Shown here: piece by piece, positions 9,042 to 18,975 of the stretch
How positions within the stretch are numbered: position 1 is the first letter of the stretch
Layout: each line of letters opens with the position of its first letter
DNA from: Escherichia phage vB_EcoM_11B_SA_NWU
DNA length: 64,000 nt
Reading direction: 5' to 3' (one strand)
Sequence record: OR062527
Notes under the pieces: model-generated
Seen by the model: the letters and a program-made list of their open reading frames with translations, nothing else
The model's database searches: none
What the model was told of the DNA's origin: nothing
Translations under genes and position numbers: made by a program

Positions 9042-10855
9042 TGGTGTTTAACCCTATGCATGATTTCTTTATTTTTACCGAGATTAAATCCGCGTTCGTT
9101 CGGATTTCCAAGATAACCGCATGTTCTTCTTATTGTATTCATCTTTTTAGGATCAGTTTCTCCACAAATAGAACAAACAAATCCGTTTTCAGTAGGAGTC
9201 ATTTCATGTGTACTTCCGCATGTAAAACATTTATCTACTGGCATGTTAACACCAAAATAATCTAAATGTTGTGCAGCATAATCCCATACAGCCTCAAGAC
9301 CTTTTAAGTTATTTTTCATATCAGGAAGTTCAACATAAGAAATGTGACCACCTGTCGCAATGAAATGATATGGTGCTTCGCGAGAAATCTTTTCAAACGG
9401 GGTGATATTTTCTTCTACTGAAACGTGGAAACTGTTAGTGTACCAGCCTTTATCAGTAACATCCTTTACACTTCCATATTTTTCGGTATCAAGTTTACAG
9501 AAGCGATAACAAAGGTTTTCAGCAGGTGTAGAATACAAGCTAAAAGCAAAACCGGTTCTTTCAGTCCACTGCTTAAGACGAGCATTCATTTTAGTTAAAA
9601 TTTCTTGTCCAATATCACGACCGACAAGAATATTCAATTCGTGAATACCAATGTATCCTAGGGACACTGAACTTCTGCCGTTTTTAAATAACTCAATTAT
9701 ATCGTCATCATGTTTAAGACGAACCCCGAATGCACCTTCTTGATAAAGAATAGGAGCAACAGTAGCTTTAACTCCTTTTAAGGAACTAATTCTACACATC
9801 AAAGCTTCAAAACATAAATCCATTCGTTCATTGAATAATTCAGCAAATTTCTGTTCATTGAACTGTGTTCCAATATAAGAATCTAACGCAATACGAGGAA
9901 GATTCAGTGTTACAACACCAAGATTATTACGTCCATCAAGAATTTCATTACCAGTCGAATCTTTCCATACGCTCAAGAAACTACGACATCCCATTGGAGA
10001 AACAGGAATAGATGAGCCGGTGATAGCTTTATTGTTCTTAGCTGAAATAATATCAGGATACATTCTTTTGCTTGCGCACTCTAGAGCAAGCTGCTTAATA
10101 TCATAGTTCGGATCGTCTTTGTAAAGATTAACACCTTCTTCAACGAACATAACGAGCTTAGGAAAAATAGGAGTTATCCCATCACGACCGAGACCTTTAA
10201 TGCGATTTTTCAGAATTGCTTTCTGAATCATTCGTTCAGTCCAGTCAGTTCCCGTACCAAATGTAATTGTTACAAAAGGCGTTTGTCCGTTTGAACTAAA
10301 GAGAGTATTTACTTCATATTCATAAGCTTGGAATGCATCGTATACGTCTTTTTCTGTTTTAGATTGGGCATAATTCAACGCATCAGCGATTTGCCATTTT
10401 TCTGCATCCTCAATATGTTTTGCATAGGTGCGTTTAACATAAGGAGAAAGTACTTTATCTACATTCGCAAAAGTCGTTCCGCCATATTGATGAGAAGCAA
10501 CTTGTGCAGTAATTTGTGCCATAATTGCAGTAGCAACACCGATTGATTTAGGAGTTTCAATCTGTGCATTGCCGAGCTTAAATCCGTTTTCAAGCATTCC
10601 TTTTAAATCTACTAAACAGCAATTAGTAAATGGAAGAGCAGGGGAATAATCAATATCATGGAAATGAATAATTCCGCTTTCATGCGCTTTCATAATAAAA
10701 GACGGGACCATATTTTTGGCAATGTGCTTAGACACAATACCAGCCATAAGGTCCCGTTGAGTTGGAAAAACACGAGAATCTTTATTAGCATTCTCGTTCA
10801 AAAGGTCTTTATTAGTTTTATGAATCAATCCTTCAATTTCTTTTTCAATTGTCAT
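9038..10855 (-). CDS. nrdD: Anaerobic ribonucleoside-triphosphate reductase (glycyl radical enzyme)
   Basis: 605 aa uninterrupted; C-terminal RRTCGYLG glycyl-radical motif and CxxC zinc ribbon. Confidence 0.92.
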   Translation of the reverse strand: MTIEKEIEGLIHKTNKDLLNENANKDSRVFPTQRDLMAGIVSKHIAKNMVPSFIMKAHESGIIHFHDIDYSPALPFTNCCLVDLKGMLENGFKLGNAQIETPKSIGVATAIMAQITAQVASHQYGGTTFANVDKVLSPYVKRTYAKHIEDAEKWQIADALNYAQSKTEKDVYDAFQAYEYEVNTLFSSNGQTPFVTITFGTGTDWTERMIQKAILKNRIKGLGRDGITPIFPKLVMFVEEGVNLYKDDPNYDIKQLALECASKRMYPDIISAKNNKAITGSSIPVSPMGCRSFLSVWKDSTGNEILDGRNNLGVVTLNLPRIALDSYIGTQFNEQKFAELFNERMDLCFEALMCRISSLKGVKATVAPILYQEGAFGVRLKHDDDIIELFKNGRSSVSLGYIGIHELNILVGRDIGQEILTKMNARLKQWTERTGFAFSLYSTPAENLCYRFCKLDTEKYGSVKDVTDKGWYTNSFHVSVEENITPFEKISREAPYHFIATGGHISYVELPDMKNNLKGLEAVWDYAAQHLDYFGVNMPVDKCFTCGSTHEMTPTENGFVCSICGETDPKKMNTIRRTCGYLGNPNERGFNLGKNKEIMHRVKHQ

Positions 10856-11325
10856 TTTAAACTCTTTCTAAGCTGCTTCTTAAATGAAGCTATTAATTGT
10901 GTTTTAGTGTCAGATTCATTATATTCAAATCCTCTTTGAAGCATCTCAGCCATCATTTCCTCTTTTCCTAAACGAGAAAATTCCTTTGATTTATCTCCAA
11001 CGAAGTTAGGGTGAATATTATTTTGGGTGTAATCGGATTTTAAATAAGTAAGTAAATTTTCTAACCATTCAAGATAATCAACACCTTGTCCCTTTAAGCC
11101 AGAACGATTAAATTTATGCTTCATTTGACCTTCTGCGGCATTGCAGAGATTACAAAGCAATCCACGCACCTTTCCTGCTTTTGGTCCATTTAATTCATGG
11201 TCATGGTCGAGGTGATTAGCTTGAACGTCAGGATTTAGTTCTCGTTGGCAAATTAAGCATTTACCATTTTGTGCATTATAAAATTTTTGTTTTTCTTCTT
11301 TGTATAATTTGCCAGTCAATAACAT
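10852..11325 (-). CDS. 49: Endonuclease VII (Holliday-junction resolvase)
   Basis: 157 aa; His-Cys box CLICQRELNP...HLDHDH...CNLCN. Confidence 0.9.
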   Translation of the reverse strand: MLLTGKLYKEEKQKFYNAQNGKCLICQRELNPDVQANHLDHDHELNGPKAGKVRGLLCNLCNAAEGQMKHKFNRSGLKGQGVDYLEWLENLLTYLKSDYTQNNIHPNFVGDKSKEFSRLGKEEMMAEMLQRGFEYNESDTKTQLIASFKKQLRKSLK

Positions 11326-11374
11326 AATAAAATCCTTACCTTAAATAGATAAGGGTATTTATTATTTTCAAGTA

Positions 11375-11839
11375 TTAAAATGCTCGGTCAGAAAAAGAAA
11401 TTTGAGTTTCAAGCCATTCAATATATTCTGCCGCAGCTTGCATCAAATTTCCTTCGTAATCATCAATATCTTTTTTCAACGCCGATTTAGCTAATGCGTA
11501 TGAAATACGTTCACCTTGAAAACCGGCTTTAGGCTTCTGAACAACTTGATTAGTTCGCTCTACAACTTCTTCAATTTCGCCATTTTCGACTGATTCAGTA
11601 TTCCACAAACACCAATACGTAATTGGCTTATCGTAGATGTTAATAATCTTTCCATCAGAAAGTTCAATTTCAATAATTCCAGTATCAGGTTCTATATCAT
11701 CTTCACATTCTTTTGCAAGTTCACGAACTTTAAAGACAGTACCTGCACTAAGTTCCGGCCAGTAATTACACAGCCCTGTATCAGCACGATTAATTCTAAA
11801 CCACTTATCTACTGTAATCATGTCCCATCTCCATATCAA
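11375..11839 (-). CDS. hypothetical protein
   Basis: 154-aa ORF. Confidence 0.45.
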   Translation of the reverse strand: MIWRWDMITVDKWFRINRADTGLCNYWPELSAGTVFKVRELAKECEDDIEPDTGIIEIELSDGKIINIYDKPITYWCLWNTESVENGEIEEVVERTNQVVQKPKAGFQGERISYALAKSALKKDIDDYEGNLMQAAAEYIEWLETQISFSDRAF

Positions 11840-11944
11840 TTAAGTCATTTATCGTTGGTTCATTATACACCGTTTCTTCATCAGTGTAAACCGGTTCTTC
11901 CGGCTCTGGCTCTACAGTTTCCCATCTAGCCGCCCACCAAGGTT

Positions 11945-12265
11945 TTATAGCGTAATCCATTCTCGTACTATCTGAGTTACTACACGTTCCCGGGGCTCGA
12001 CTAGTTCAACAGTCGGAACTGCATAATACCAGTCAGAATGGTAAGAACCCGAACGGCATTCATTTACGGAAACATGTACGTTATGTTTTGGACTAAAATA
12101 AACACACTGACGATATTGGCATTTACCATCTTGCACCCAGTCTTCTATTTCGACAGGTTTAAGATAATCGGAAAAATCGAAATCATAGTTTTCTGAAAAT
12201 GCATCATGGTCTTCAATGATTTCACTCAGAACTGCATCAACATCTAATTTATTTTCAATAGTCAT
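11945..12265 (-). CDS. hypothetical protein
   Basis: 106-aa acidic ORF. Confidence 0.45.
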   Translation of the reverse strand: MTIENKLDVDAVLSEIIEDHDAFSENYDFDFSDYLKPVEIEDWVQDGKCQYRQCVYFSPKHNVHVSVNECRSGSYHSDWYYAVPTVELVEPRERVVTQIVREWITL

Positions 12266-12275
12266 TTTTCACCAA

Positions 12276-12485
12276 TTAATTTCGCAATTTATTAAGTTCT
12301 TCATAATCAATCCAGGATTCTAATCCTGATGGCAAATCAGATTCAATTTCCCAAAGAAGTTCTTCAATTTTATGAAGACGATCTAGTTCTTCAGCAGGAA
12401 TAGTAACCATTGACGGAGCTCTTGCTACATTAATATCGTAAATCATATTTACCCCAGTTTGACCATACAATCGCCGTATTTCCAC
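12276..12485 (-). CDS. hypothetical protein
   Basis: 69-aa ORF. Confidence 0.4.
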   Translation of the reverse strand: MEIRRLYGQTGVNMIYDINVARAPSMVTIPAEELDRLHKIEELLWEIESDLPSGLESWIDYEELNKLRN

Positions 12486-12664
12486 TTAGAAATAGACTTT
12501 TCACCGTTAGAATAATAAACTTCAAGTTTAGCACGATTATTTTTAATTTGAATAACCTTTGCTGTCATCAAAGTTCCATACCCATAATAAACTGCAACTT
12601 CATCACCTACATATACCGCGCTTCCGCGGTAATCGTGAATATAGTCAGTTCCTTCGAGCATCAT
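12449..12664 (-). CDS. hypothetical protein
   Basis: 71-aa ORF, 4-nt overlap with nrdC. Confidence 0.4.
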   Translation of the reverse strand: MMLEGTDYIHDYRGSAVYVGDEVAVYYGYGTLMTAKVIQIKNNRAKLEVYYSNGEKSISKWKYGDCMVKLG

Positions 12665-12924
12665 TTAAAATATTCTCGCAGTTGGTCAAATCCACCAATA
12701 TGACTTCCATCAGGAGCAAATACTTGTGGCATTGTCAAACCAATTTGAGTATCACGGCCTAGTTTAGTCAGAAGCTCAGCGATTTTTTCATCATCAAAAA
12801 CACCTTTTTCCGGCATAATGTTGATAAATTCAAACGGCTGTTTCTTCACGGTCAAAAGACGTTTTGCATTATCACAATACACACATTTATGGATGTTGCT
12901 ATCATAACCATATACTTTAAACAT
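12661..12924 (-). CDS. nrdC: Thioredoxin/glutaredoxin
   Basis: 87 aa; CVYC active site; MFKVYGYDSNIHKCVYCDNAKRLL. Confidence 0.9.
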   Translation of the reverse strand: MFKVYGYDSNIHKCVYCDNAKRLLTVKKQPFEFINIMPEKGVFDDEKIAELLTKLGRDTQIGLTMPQVFAPDGSHIGGFDQLREYFK

Positions 12925-12925
12925 A

Positions 12926-13204
12926 TTATTCCTTAATTCCTAGTACTTGTTTAAAAGTCTCGTCGTAATCAAGACTTTGGCCCGTTTGTTCTTTATGTTT
13001 GTATATAATATCACTTACTTCTGATAGCATATTTTTATATGAACGAGTTAAAGCAGATTTAAGCACGCTGTATCTATCAGGAAATTTACCATGTTCATTA
13101 TAATAAGCTATTGCTAATTCACGGACTGCCTTTTCAGCAGCCTCCATATATTCTTTACGCTTGGTCATTTTAATCCAAAATATTATTAGGCATTGGTTGA
13201 ACAC
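12926..13204 (-). CDS. hypothetical protein
   Basis: 92-aa ORF. Confidence 0.4.
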   Translation of the reverse strand: MFNQCLIIFWIKMTKRKEYMEAAEKAVRELAIAYYNEHGKFPDRYSVLKSALTRSYKNMLSEVSDIIYKHKEQTGQSLDYDETFKQVLGIKE

Positions 13205-13559
13205 TCACAAGTTCTTTAAAGAACTCAGTAGAGTCAGGCAATTTAACCATTTCCGGAGCATGCTTACTGAATTTATGTTTACATTGACGGCATTTATATT
13301 CAAGCTCTGGTTTACGCCAGTTAATCAATTGAACTTGTTCAGTACCGCATTCAGGGCAATTAGGAACGTTTTTAGAAGCTCTTTCACGTCGTTCAACCAT
13401 AGCCATAATAGCATCCCATGCTGGAGGTTTAAAATCTAAATCGTCGCAGCCGTGAATCTTTCCACGCATTTCCAAATCGTCTTCTTCACCAGCCATAATA
13501 ATTTTAATTAGACTAGAATTACTTGAAGCTGCAATGTCTTCTAATAAACGCTTTTTCAT
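13170..13559 (-). CDS. zinc-ribbon protein
   Basis: 129 aa; CPECG...CRQCKHKF four-cysteine motif. Confidence 0.5.
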   Translation of the reverse strand: MKKRLLEDIAASSNSSLIKIIMAGEEDDLEMRGKIHGCDDLDFKPPAWDAIMAMVERRERASKNVPNCPECGTEQVQLINWRKPELEYKCRQCKHKFSKHAPEMVKLPDSTEFFKELVSVQPMPNNILD

Positions 13560-14485
13560 TTCAATACCTCAATAGCATTACGTAAACCATTTGCTTTTGC
13601 ATTAAGAGCTTTTAACAATTTGGTGTGTTCTGCAATTTGGGCTTCAACTTCAATCAAACGGGCATTGAGATATTCACGTTCTTCACTCAAATTATCAACC
13701 TTTTCTACTTTAGGCTCTTTTACAACTGTCTTATATGTATTAGGGTTCTTCAGTTTAATTAGAATGCGTGAACTGTATAACATTGAACCATTATCTTCGG
13801 TTTCGTCATACATTTCCACTACGTCCATAATTTTTAACATCATGCGGAGTTTATAAGACAACGAACGAATAGTTTTGTTGTGCTTATTAATTTCTTTAGC
13901 TGTCATGGTGCCAAGATTACGTGAGTAATAATAAGGAACCTGGATATTAATTAATACTGATGAACCACCTGGCTTGTGTGTTACTTCATCAGCAATAACC
14001 CAGTCCTTAACATGAACTGTATTTGTACGGTCATCGCCCGCGGTAAATAGTTTGCGAGCATGCTTAAAAAGCATATTCACTTGGTCATTGAATTGACAAG
14101 CAAATTTATCAGCAAATTTAGTTTCAGGAATGGTAGAAAACCAATCAGCCAAATGAGTCTTTTTAACATCATTAACAATAGTAAATTCAACAAAATCGGT
14201 TATAGATGTCTCAGATTTAATGAAGCTCGGCTTCATAAAGTTTTTAATGTTCTCATGAGCTACAGTAGAAGATAACATACGAGAACGTTTAAACCATTCA
14301 AGCAAATTGCCTAACGAATGAGAATAAGCGTTTTGAGTATCTTTACAGATATGATTTTCCTGACCAACATATTGAAGGAAATCACGAAGAATATTATTGA
14401 TTACTGCTCTGTGCCCGATCTGATAATTACGGTGTTTAGTAATAAGACTGTCAAAATAATCAATATAATGTTTACGAGTTTTCAT
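13556..14485 (-). CDS. hypothetical protein with C-terminal coiled coil (tandem array member 1)
   Basis: 309 aa; N-terminus MKTRKHY; C-terminal heptad-rich tail. Confidence 0.55.
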   Translation of the reverse strand: MKTRKHYIDYFDSLITKHRNYQIGHRAVINNILRDFLQYVGQENHICKDTQNAYSHSLGNLLEWFKRSRMLSSTVAHENIKNFMKPSFIKSETSITDFVEFTIVNDVKKTHLADWFSTIPETKFADKFACQFNDQVNMLFKHARKLFTAGDDRTNTVHVKDWVIADEVTHKPGGSSVLINIQVPYYYSRNLGTMTAKEINKHNKTIRSLSYKLRMMLKIMDVVEMYDETEDNGSMLYSSRILIKLKNPNTYKTVVKEPKVEKVDNLSEEREYLNARLIEVEAQIAEHTKLLKALNAKANGLRNAIEVLK

Positions 14486-14539
14486 GTTCTTCTCACTTGG
14501 TTAATGATTTATACTCCGAGCCATCCTTGGCTTTAAATT

Positions 14540-15568
14540 TTACTTAATTAACTGTAAAGCCTGTTCTAAACGATCAAGACGATTAACAGATTCTTCCCAA
14601 ATCCTTTTAGCCTGCTCATATTCTTTCTGCGCTTTATTAGAAATTTCTAGAACTTCTTTATAAGCTTTTTCTAATGCAATAACTTCTGGACGAATTTCTA
14701 CCGGTTCAGGTGAATCATCAAGATTATTCATTAGTTCCTCAAGGGTAGTTTCTTCTTTAGGAGTATTCACAATTTCCTCACATTTTTGTTGATAAATTTC
14801 TTTATCAGTAGGTGAATAAGCACATTTCACTTCACGAAGACTAATTACAATTTTATATCCTTCCCATCCGCATATATTCTTAAAAGGATATGTATGAATA
14901 TTTTCTACTGTTTCCATACAAAGTAATGCAGTCTCTAACTGACGAGTTATAGTGCTAGCAATTGAGAAAAATTTATTAATATTCTTTTGGTTAGCGTTTG
15001 GTGTAAAAAATCCATAATTCACAAAAATAGCTACTTTATTTTCATCAAGCTCATATTCTTTTACGATAATCATATCAGAAGCCAAAGGATGAATTTGACG
15101 ATAATCGCCATAACATAATTTAGAAGCTGATTTTAGAATTTGTCCTTTGAAAAGTCTGAAATTACTAATCCAACGGCGAGTAAAAATATTCTCAGGGTCT
15201 TCTTTATTAAGATGATAAGAATTAACATCACCGAACCAATTATATCCTACTACATCTTTGGTTCGTTTAATTTCTTTCCCAAAATTACCAAGAATATCCC
15301 GATTAACCAAATATGAAAGAAGACGAGACTCTTTAAAGGTTTTCTTGATAACATCTTTATCTACACGGCTAGAAATTTTACGAATTTCATGAATAAATTT
15401 AGCAGAAGAAACAATACTTGCATCAACACTATTGAGCCACTGATTGATAATAGAAAGAACGCTATTTTGGCCAAACATCGGTATAGCTTTATCATCAATA
15501 ACTCTATTGAATGATTTAATATATTCGTTGCGAGTCATATTAATCTCCTCAGTAGAAAGTAAGAACAT
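14540..15568 (-). CDS. hypothetical protein with C-terminal coiled coil (array member 2)
   Basis: 342 aa; internal MTRNEYIKSF may be the true start. Confidence 0.55.
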   Translation of the reverse strand: MFLLSTEEINMTRNEYIKSFNRVIDDKAIPMFGQNSVLSIINQWLNSVDASIVSSAKFIHEIRKISSRVDKDVIKKTFKESRLLSYLVNRDILGNFGKEIKRTKDVVGYNWFGDVNSYHLNKEDPENIFTRRWISNFRLFKGQILKSASKLCYGDYRQIHPLASDMIIVKEYELDENKVAIFVNYGFFTPNANQKNINKFFSIASTITRQLETALLCMETVENIHTYPFKNICGWEGYKIVISLREVKCAYSPTDKEIYQQKCEEIVNTPKEETTLEELMNNLDDSPEPVEIRPEVIALEKAYKEVLEISNKAQKEYEQAKRIWEESVNRLDRLEQALQLIK

Positions 15569-15595
15569 TATACCACATCCTTGTGGCGAAGTAAA

Positions 15596-16615
15596 CTAGT
15601 TTAGTGCATTTAGTGCGTTGTTCAATTTAGAACGTTGCTTCGTGAGATTTTTTACTTTTTCTTGAGCTTTTTCTAGCATCTTTTCAGCTTCTAACGCTTC
15701 ATTAGTTGCTTTAACGAGTTCATCATCTACTGCCTTGATAGACTTCTCAATCGCATCCGCGTGCCATTTTTCAACAGGTTTAAGACTAGGATTTTCAACA
15801 GGAAGAAAATTCACTTTATTAAATTTCCATGCATCTTTATTACCTGAACTATACATCCAAAATTTAGGATCGTTTGATGAGCAATTAGATAAATTTAAGT
15901 TATCTTGTACTTCCTGCTTTTTCTCTTGCGTGACTTCGTCTTTTCTCAAAAAATCATATTTAAATGAAACGATCATATCAAGTTCATATGTTGTTGTATG
16001 TTCCCAATTTCGCTCAAAACGAGGTAAAATCTTAGATTGAACAGCAGCAACAACATCCATATACTTAAATGCTTCTGTCAGCTGTGATTTAAGACATTCA
16101 CAAATTGAACGAGAATTTTTAGTATTAGGTTTAAAGCTAATTCGTGCAGTTCTATTATTTTCTTTAGATGGTCTTACTTCCATTTGAAGAGTATAACCAT
16201 CAAATTTCAGATTCTTTAAGTTAATATCAGAACCTTTTAATCGACTAGCAGTAGACAAAATTTGCTTTAATTGTTTACGGAATAGAGCAATAAATCTCCA
16301 TTCAAGACGATAATGATTTGGATTAAAAAATCCTGTTGATAAATCAACCTTACTCTGACCAACGCCTTGAACAAATAGAGGATTTTTATAATCAATAGTT
16401 TTACAGAAATCGGTGAGCTGCTCACGAGCAGTCATTTGTGTAATATATCCCGCTTTACTAAAATGACGTAACCATTCACTGCTATTCATATACTTAAAGT
16501 GAATGGAACTATTAACTCTATCAGGGTCTAAATTATTTTGGCACAAAAATGTCATAACATTACGGGTATAGCTGGCATTACGAACCATATCTTCAATTTG
16601 AGAACGAGTTTTCAT
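15596..16615 (-). CDS. hypothetical protein with C-terminal coiled coil (array member 3)
   Basis: 339 aa; N-terminus MKTRSQIEDM. Confidence 0.55.
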   Translation of the reverse strand: MKTRSQIEDMVRNASYTRNVMTFLCQNNLDPDRVNSSIHFKYMNSSEWLRHFSKAGYITQMTAREQLTDFCKTIDYKNPLFVQGVGQSKVDLSTGFFNPNHYRLEWRFIALFRKQLKQILSTASRLKGSDINLKNLKFDGYTLQMEVRPSKENNRTARISFKPNTKNSRSICECLKSQLTEAFKYMDVVAAVQSKILPRFERNWEHTTTYELDMIVSFKYDFLRKDEVTQEKKQEVQDNLNLSNCSSNDPKFWMYSSGNKDAWKFNKVNFLPVENPSLKPVEKWHADAIEKSIKAVDDELVKATNEALEAEKMLEKAQEKVKNLTKQRSKLNNALNALN

Positions 16616-16623
16616 GGTGTTCC

Positions 16624-17532
16624 TTAAGATTTAAGTAAATCAACAATTTTAATTAATTTTTCACGCTCAGATTTAGCTTTACTACTCAATCCAGATAGTC
16701 TGAAAATTTCATCGTCATACTGTTGAATAGAAATATTCAGCTCTTCAATTTGCTTATTAAAATAATCAATTTGCTCAGAATGTTTTTCATTACTGCGAAC
16801 TGGTACAGGTTTTGTAGGCAATTTAGTTAAACTGGATTCATCCGGGCGATAAATTAAAATACAACTTGAACCAATCGGGCATTTAGCACCAGACACATAT
16901 TCTAATGTTCCGGCTTCTTTTAAAACTTCAAAAGCTAAACAGAGATGATGCCCCATATTAACATAATCTGTAGAGCGAGCTCTGACGTAATAATCATCTC
17001 CGCGAATACTAAATTTAAAGCATTTAAGGTCTTCTGTATTATTGGTCTTAAAAATCATTTGTTTATCTAGACCTTTAGCTAATCGAGCGCCTAATGCTAA
17101 TAATCGTCGTTGATTTTCCCACAAATCTGCGATCATTTGGTCAAATGATAATTTCGGCATTAGTCGACCGTAAAGATCATAGCCTTTATTATAATTGCGA
17201 AGAATTTCACTCGCGTTAATACGAGACAACGCTCCAATTTTATTAAGGGCTTTCATGATGCGATTAGATAAACCCATTCCAGACCCGTTTGTTCGTTGTA
17301 AATGTTTATCTAATCCAAACCCAATATCAACTTTAAATTTATCTAAAATTTCAGCATGAACATCTCTGTCAATAACATTCAAATCCAAAGTTGGGTTAAA
17401 TCTATGAAAAAATTTATCTGGCTCTCCACGACGAAGTACAGTCCATTCATTCAATTTTTTATTAACTAAAGATTTAATTACTGCATTGACATTATTAATT
17501 ACTACTGACATATTTTCCTCACTCAATTTCAA
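16624..17532 (-). CDS. hypothetical protein with C-terminal coiled coil (array member 4)
   Basis: 302 aa. Confidence 0.55.
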   Translation of the reverse strand: MKLSEENMSVVINNVNAVIKSLVNKKLNEWTVLRRGEPDKFFHRFNPTLDLNVIDRDVHAEILDKFKVDIGFGLDKHLQRTNGSGMGLSNRIMKALNKIGALSRINASEILRNYNKGYDLYGRLMPKLSFDQMIADLWENQRRLLALGARLAKGLDKQMIFKTNNTEDLKCFKFSIRGDDYYVRARSTDYVNMGHHLCLAFEVLKEAGTLEYVSGAKCPIGSSCILIYRPDESSLTKLPTKPVPVRSNEKHSEQIDYFNKQIEELNISIQQYDDEIFRLSGLSSKAKSEREKLIKIVDLLKS

Positions 17533-17926
17533 TTTTACTAAATACGCAGAATATGATGGAAAAGACTATATAAGCACCGCATACAGATTGAACTAATACC
17601 ATTCCAAAGAACCAAACAATATTATCAAACAATGTCTGTTTTACGTCGAAAGGACGTAAACTTACAGTAATATTATCACCTTTTTCTATTGAAGAATACA
17701 TCTCTGGTGAAATATATTCGCTAAATCTATAACCGTCTTTGAGTTCATACACAGCAATAAACGATAAACTAGACCCCTTTCCTTGAGTTCCTGTGATAGT
17801 ATTAACTACAGTAACATCATAATCTTTATAATGCATATAATCATTAATTGCGTAATAACCATATGCAATTACTACACATAAACAACATATCAATAAATTC
17901 AATCTTTTAATTATCAACTGTTTCAT
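17519..17926 (-). CDS. membrane protein
   Basis: 135 aa with N- and C-terminal hydrophobic helices. Confidence 0.5.
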   Translation of the reverse strand: MKQLIIKRLNLLICCLCVVIAYGYYAINDYMHYKDYDVTVVNTITGTQGKGSSLSFIAVYELKDGYRFSEYISPEMYSSIEKGDNITVSLRPFDVKQTLFDNIVWFFGMVLVQSVCGAYIVFSIIFCVFSKIEIE

Positions 17927-17981
17927 AATAATCTCAATTAAAAGGGCTTAGAACCATTATACCATCCTTGGTATAAAGCGG

Positions 17982-18509
17982 TTATGCGAGTACCGTCTTT
18001 AACCGTTCTTCAAACTTCCGAAGAGTATTCTGGCGTTCAGCTCTTTGCTTTTTGTAAGTTTCAATACGCTCTGAAATGAGAGTGTATCGTTCATTTACTG
18101 ATTCTTTCATAAAATCAGGAATTTCACGAGAAGCTTTAATCTCGTCAAATTTATCAATAACAGCTTGCTCTTCAGCAATTAAGTTATCATACATTAAAAT
18201 ATCTTTCTTGATGAACTCAATATCTTCTTGAGTTACACGAGATAATTTAGATGCTTTATCCTTTTTGTACTGTTCGTTAGTATCACGAGACCAGTGTAAT
18301 GTACGATTTTTATTCGTATTCTTGTAAATTTCTACAATACCAATCTCATCAATAATAACGATCCAATTCCAGCGAGATTTGTAAATTTGTCCTCCATCAA
18401 CAGTGATTTCACCTCCGATTGAGATGTCATTAAAGAACTTGCTTTGTGCTTCAGATTTAAATTTACCATCATTGTAATTTACCAAGTTGAAAATATCTTT
18501 AGCATTCAT
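17982..18509 (-). CDS. hypothetical protein
   Basis: Start moved to internal Met (MNAKDIFNLV) because the tracked N-terminus reads through the promoter/leader repeat. Confidence 0.5.
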   Translation of the reverse strand: MNAKDIFNLVNYNDGKFKSEAQSKFFNDISIGGEITVDGGQIYKSRWNWIVIIDEIGIVEIYKNTNKNRTLHWSRDTNEQYKKDKASKLSRVTQEDIEFIKKDILMYDNLIAEEQAVIDKFDEIKASREIPDFMKESVNERYTLISERIETYKKQRAERQNTLRKFEERLKTVLA

Positions 18510-18537
18510 TTTCTGTTCCTCCGTAGTTGATAGTTGT

Positions 18538-18567
18538 ATAGTACCACAGAGGAACAGTCTTGTAAAC
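18538..18567 (-). promoter_or_regulatory. T4-type early promoter with conserved leader
   Basis: Minus strand GTTTAC-N18-TACTATACAACTATCAACTACGGAGG then ATG. Confidence 0.5.
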
Positions 18568-18569
18568 AA

Positions 18570-18884
18570 CTAAAAGAAACTTCTTTCACAATTTTTTCCA
18601 CTGAACCAGGCGCTCACTGCTTTCTTAGTCTCAGGAGCAGTGTTATCCATAAACCATTCAAAGGCAGCCTTTTTATGATTCTGGAGGGCTTCTCGGGCTT
18701 TAATCTGCTCACGGTCTATTAACACTAACACATGAGCCTTTCTTGTCACCATGGGCTTCTTATGATTTTTTGAATACTCCCAGTCATTTGTCCATCGCAT
18801 CGTTGTTGCGAACTGGAATACAGCTTCTTTAATTTTAGTTTCGTAAATTTCACGAGCCTTTGAGTATAACATTACTACCTCCAT
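18570..18884 (-). CDS. hypothetical protein
   Basis: 104-aa ORF. Confidence 0.4.
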   Translation of the reverse strand: MEVVMLYSKAREIYETKIKEAVFQFATTMRWTNDWEYSKNHKKPMVTRKAHVLVLIDREQIKAREALQNHKKAAFEWFMDNTAPETKKAVSAWFSGKNCERSFF

Positions 18885-18975
18885 TCACCAGTTTAATTCT
18901 AGTCATCTTTTTAATGGCAGTCCATATAATCTATTTTTTGAACTGCCTTTTTGTCTTAGAAGGCCTCTTATGAAT

